From a bacterium (lineage in GTDB: Bacteria; SAR324; JACQKK01): 64,000 nt of DNA. Shown here piece after piece: positions 63,604 through 64,000 of the stretch. The DNA lies in assembly GCA_965240465.1 (NCBI GenBank), contig OZ251219.1, forward strand, positions 151,046 to 215,045. Direction: 5' to 3'. Each line of letters opens with the position of its first letter. The first letter of the stretch is position 1. The notes under the pieces were generated by a model that ran no database searches, was not told where the DNA came from, and saw only the letters and a program-made list of their open reading frames with translations. The position numbers and the translations under genes were made by a program.

Positions 63604-64000
63604 ATGGATTTAATTTTATCTCAGTTACATAATGTTAATTTTCTGGTAGTGGGGGATCTACTTCTGGATAGGTATTTATGGGGAGAAGCAAAAAGGGTTT
63701 CACCGGAGGCTCCAGTTCCGATAGTGCATGTGGAAAGGGAGGAATCACGTTTGGGAGGGGCTGCTAATGTCGCAAACAATTTATATGCTCTGGGAGTGAA
63801 AACTCAGGTGGTAGGTTTGATTGGCAAAGATCAGCCGGGAAGATCCTTACAAAATTTGCTCAAGAAAACTGGCATTGATACCGATGGTCTGGTCGTGGAT
63901 ACCCAAAGAATAACCACCGTAAAAACTCGGGTGATGGCATCTCATCAGCAATTATTGCGTTTTGACCACGAAACGCATCAAGTAACCAATGATATTATCA
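63604..64000 (+). CDS. hldE: D-beta-D-heptose 7-phosphate kinase domain of bifunctional HldE/RfaE (partial; runs off the right edge)
   Basis: ATG 63604: MDLILSQLHNVNFLVVGDLLLDRYLWGEAKRVSPEAPVPIVHVEREESRLGGAANVANNLYALG...VKTRV......QLLRFD, the canonical RfaE domain I N-terminus. Confidence 0.88.
   Translation, partial: MDLILSQLHNVNFLVVGDLLLDRYLWGEAKRVSPEAPVPIVHVEREESRLGGAANVANNLYALGVKTQVVGLIGKDQPGRSLQNLLKKTGIDTDGLVVDTQRITTVKTRVMASHQQLLRFDHETHQVTNDII

Noticed and set aside
1-64000. tRNA, rRNA, tmRNA, SRP RNA and RNase P RNA, and rho-independent terminators in the larger spacers (573-700, 7628-7917, 18183-18465, 33749-33963, 44384-44773, 55505-55805, 63396-63603).
   Set aside because: By eye I found no T-loop (GGTTCGAAT-like) or other signature strings for these RNAs, and no GC-rich hairpin followed by a T-run after convergent gene ends. 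The absence is by inspection only; tRNAscan-SE, Infernal or TransTermHP would be needed to be certain.

Overview
This 64-kb window is a densely coding stretch, on both strands, of a moderately AT-rich diderm bacterial chromosome. The diderm assignment rests on Tol-Pal, an LptC-like gene, hldE, lspA and periplasmic HtrA. I count about 55 CDS. I found no rRNA, tRNA, CRISPR array, transposase, integrase or phage gene by eye.

Gene content, left to right:
- The tail of the ribosomal spc/alpha cluster: rpmJ-rpsM-rpsK-rpsD'. rpmJ is missing from the ORF track.
- An M16 peptidase pair.
- Menaquinone genes menF-menD, with menB divergent.
- An orphan TupA-like binding protein.
- rpoB-rpoC, uncoupled from the usual ribosomal-protein neighbours, then ribF.
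- A periplasm/envelope block: a rhodanese-NfuA-type fusion, an 830-aa polytopic protein, two tandem YHS-domain paralogues, a hotdog thioesterase, two monohaem cytochromes c, 5-formyl-THF cyclo-ligase, a MATE transporter, an LtaS-family protein, a heterodimeric ABC exporter and an EgtD-like methyltransferase.
- A co-directional string pal-tolQ-tolR-tolA-tolB-cpoB-hisD-fmt.
- A lipoate-ligase-family gene and a MoeB/ThiF-rhodanese gene.
- hrcA-grpE-dnaK-dnaJ with a CIRCE operator.
- thiS-thiG.
- coaBC-htpX-parA-like, a soj-like ATPase, nusB, ligA, trkA, an LptC-like gene, lspA, htrA and the start of hldE.

The window is mostly core genome and I see no obvious defence island or mobile island.

The most interesting signal is in the MoeB/ThiF-rhodanese gene. 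It is interrupted by a single in-frame TGA exactly at the conserved loop cysteine. Every other motif is intact, a stem-loop lies downstream, and TGA is used as a genuine stop elsewhere in the window. That makes it a candidate selenoprotein; the alternative is a very recent inactivation.

Secondary signals:
- A tandem pair of YHS-domain genes sharing a 65-nt identical core.
- An inactive-rhodanese/NfuA-C fusion.
- Perfect 14-bp tandem repeats in two intergenic leaders. One set forms chained mini-ORFs between CIRCE and hrcA.
- An atypical Tol-Pal gene order fused to hisD and fmt.
- An asymmetric ABC exporter with an insertion in one nucleotide-binding domain.

All homology calls come from reading motifs in the supplied translations. 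No database search was run.
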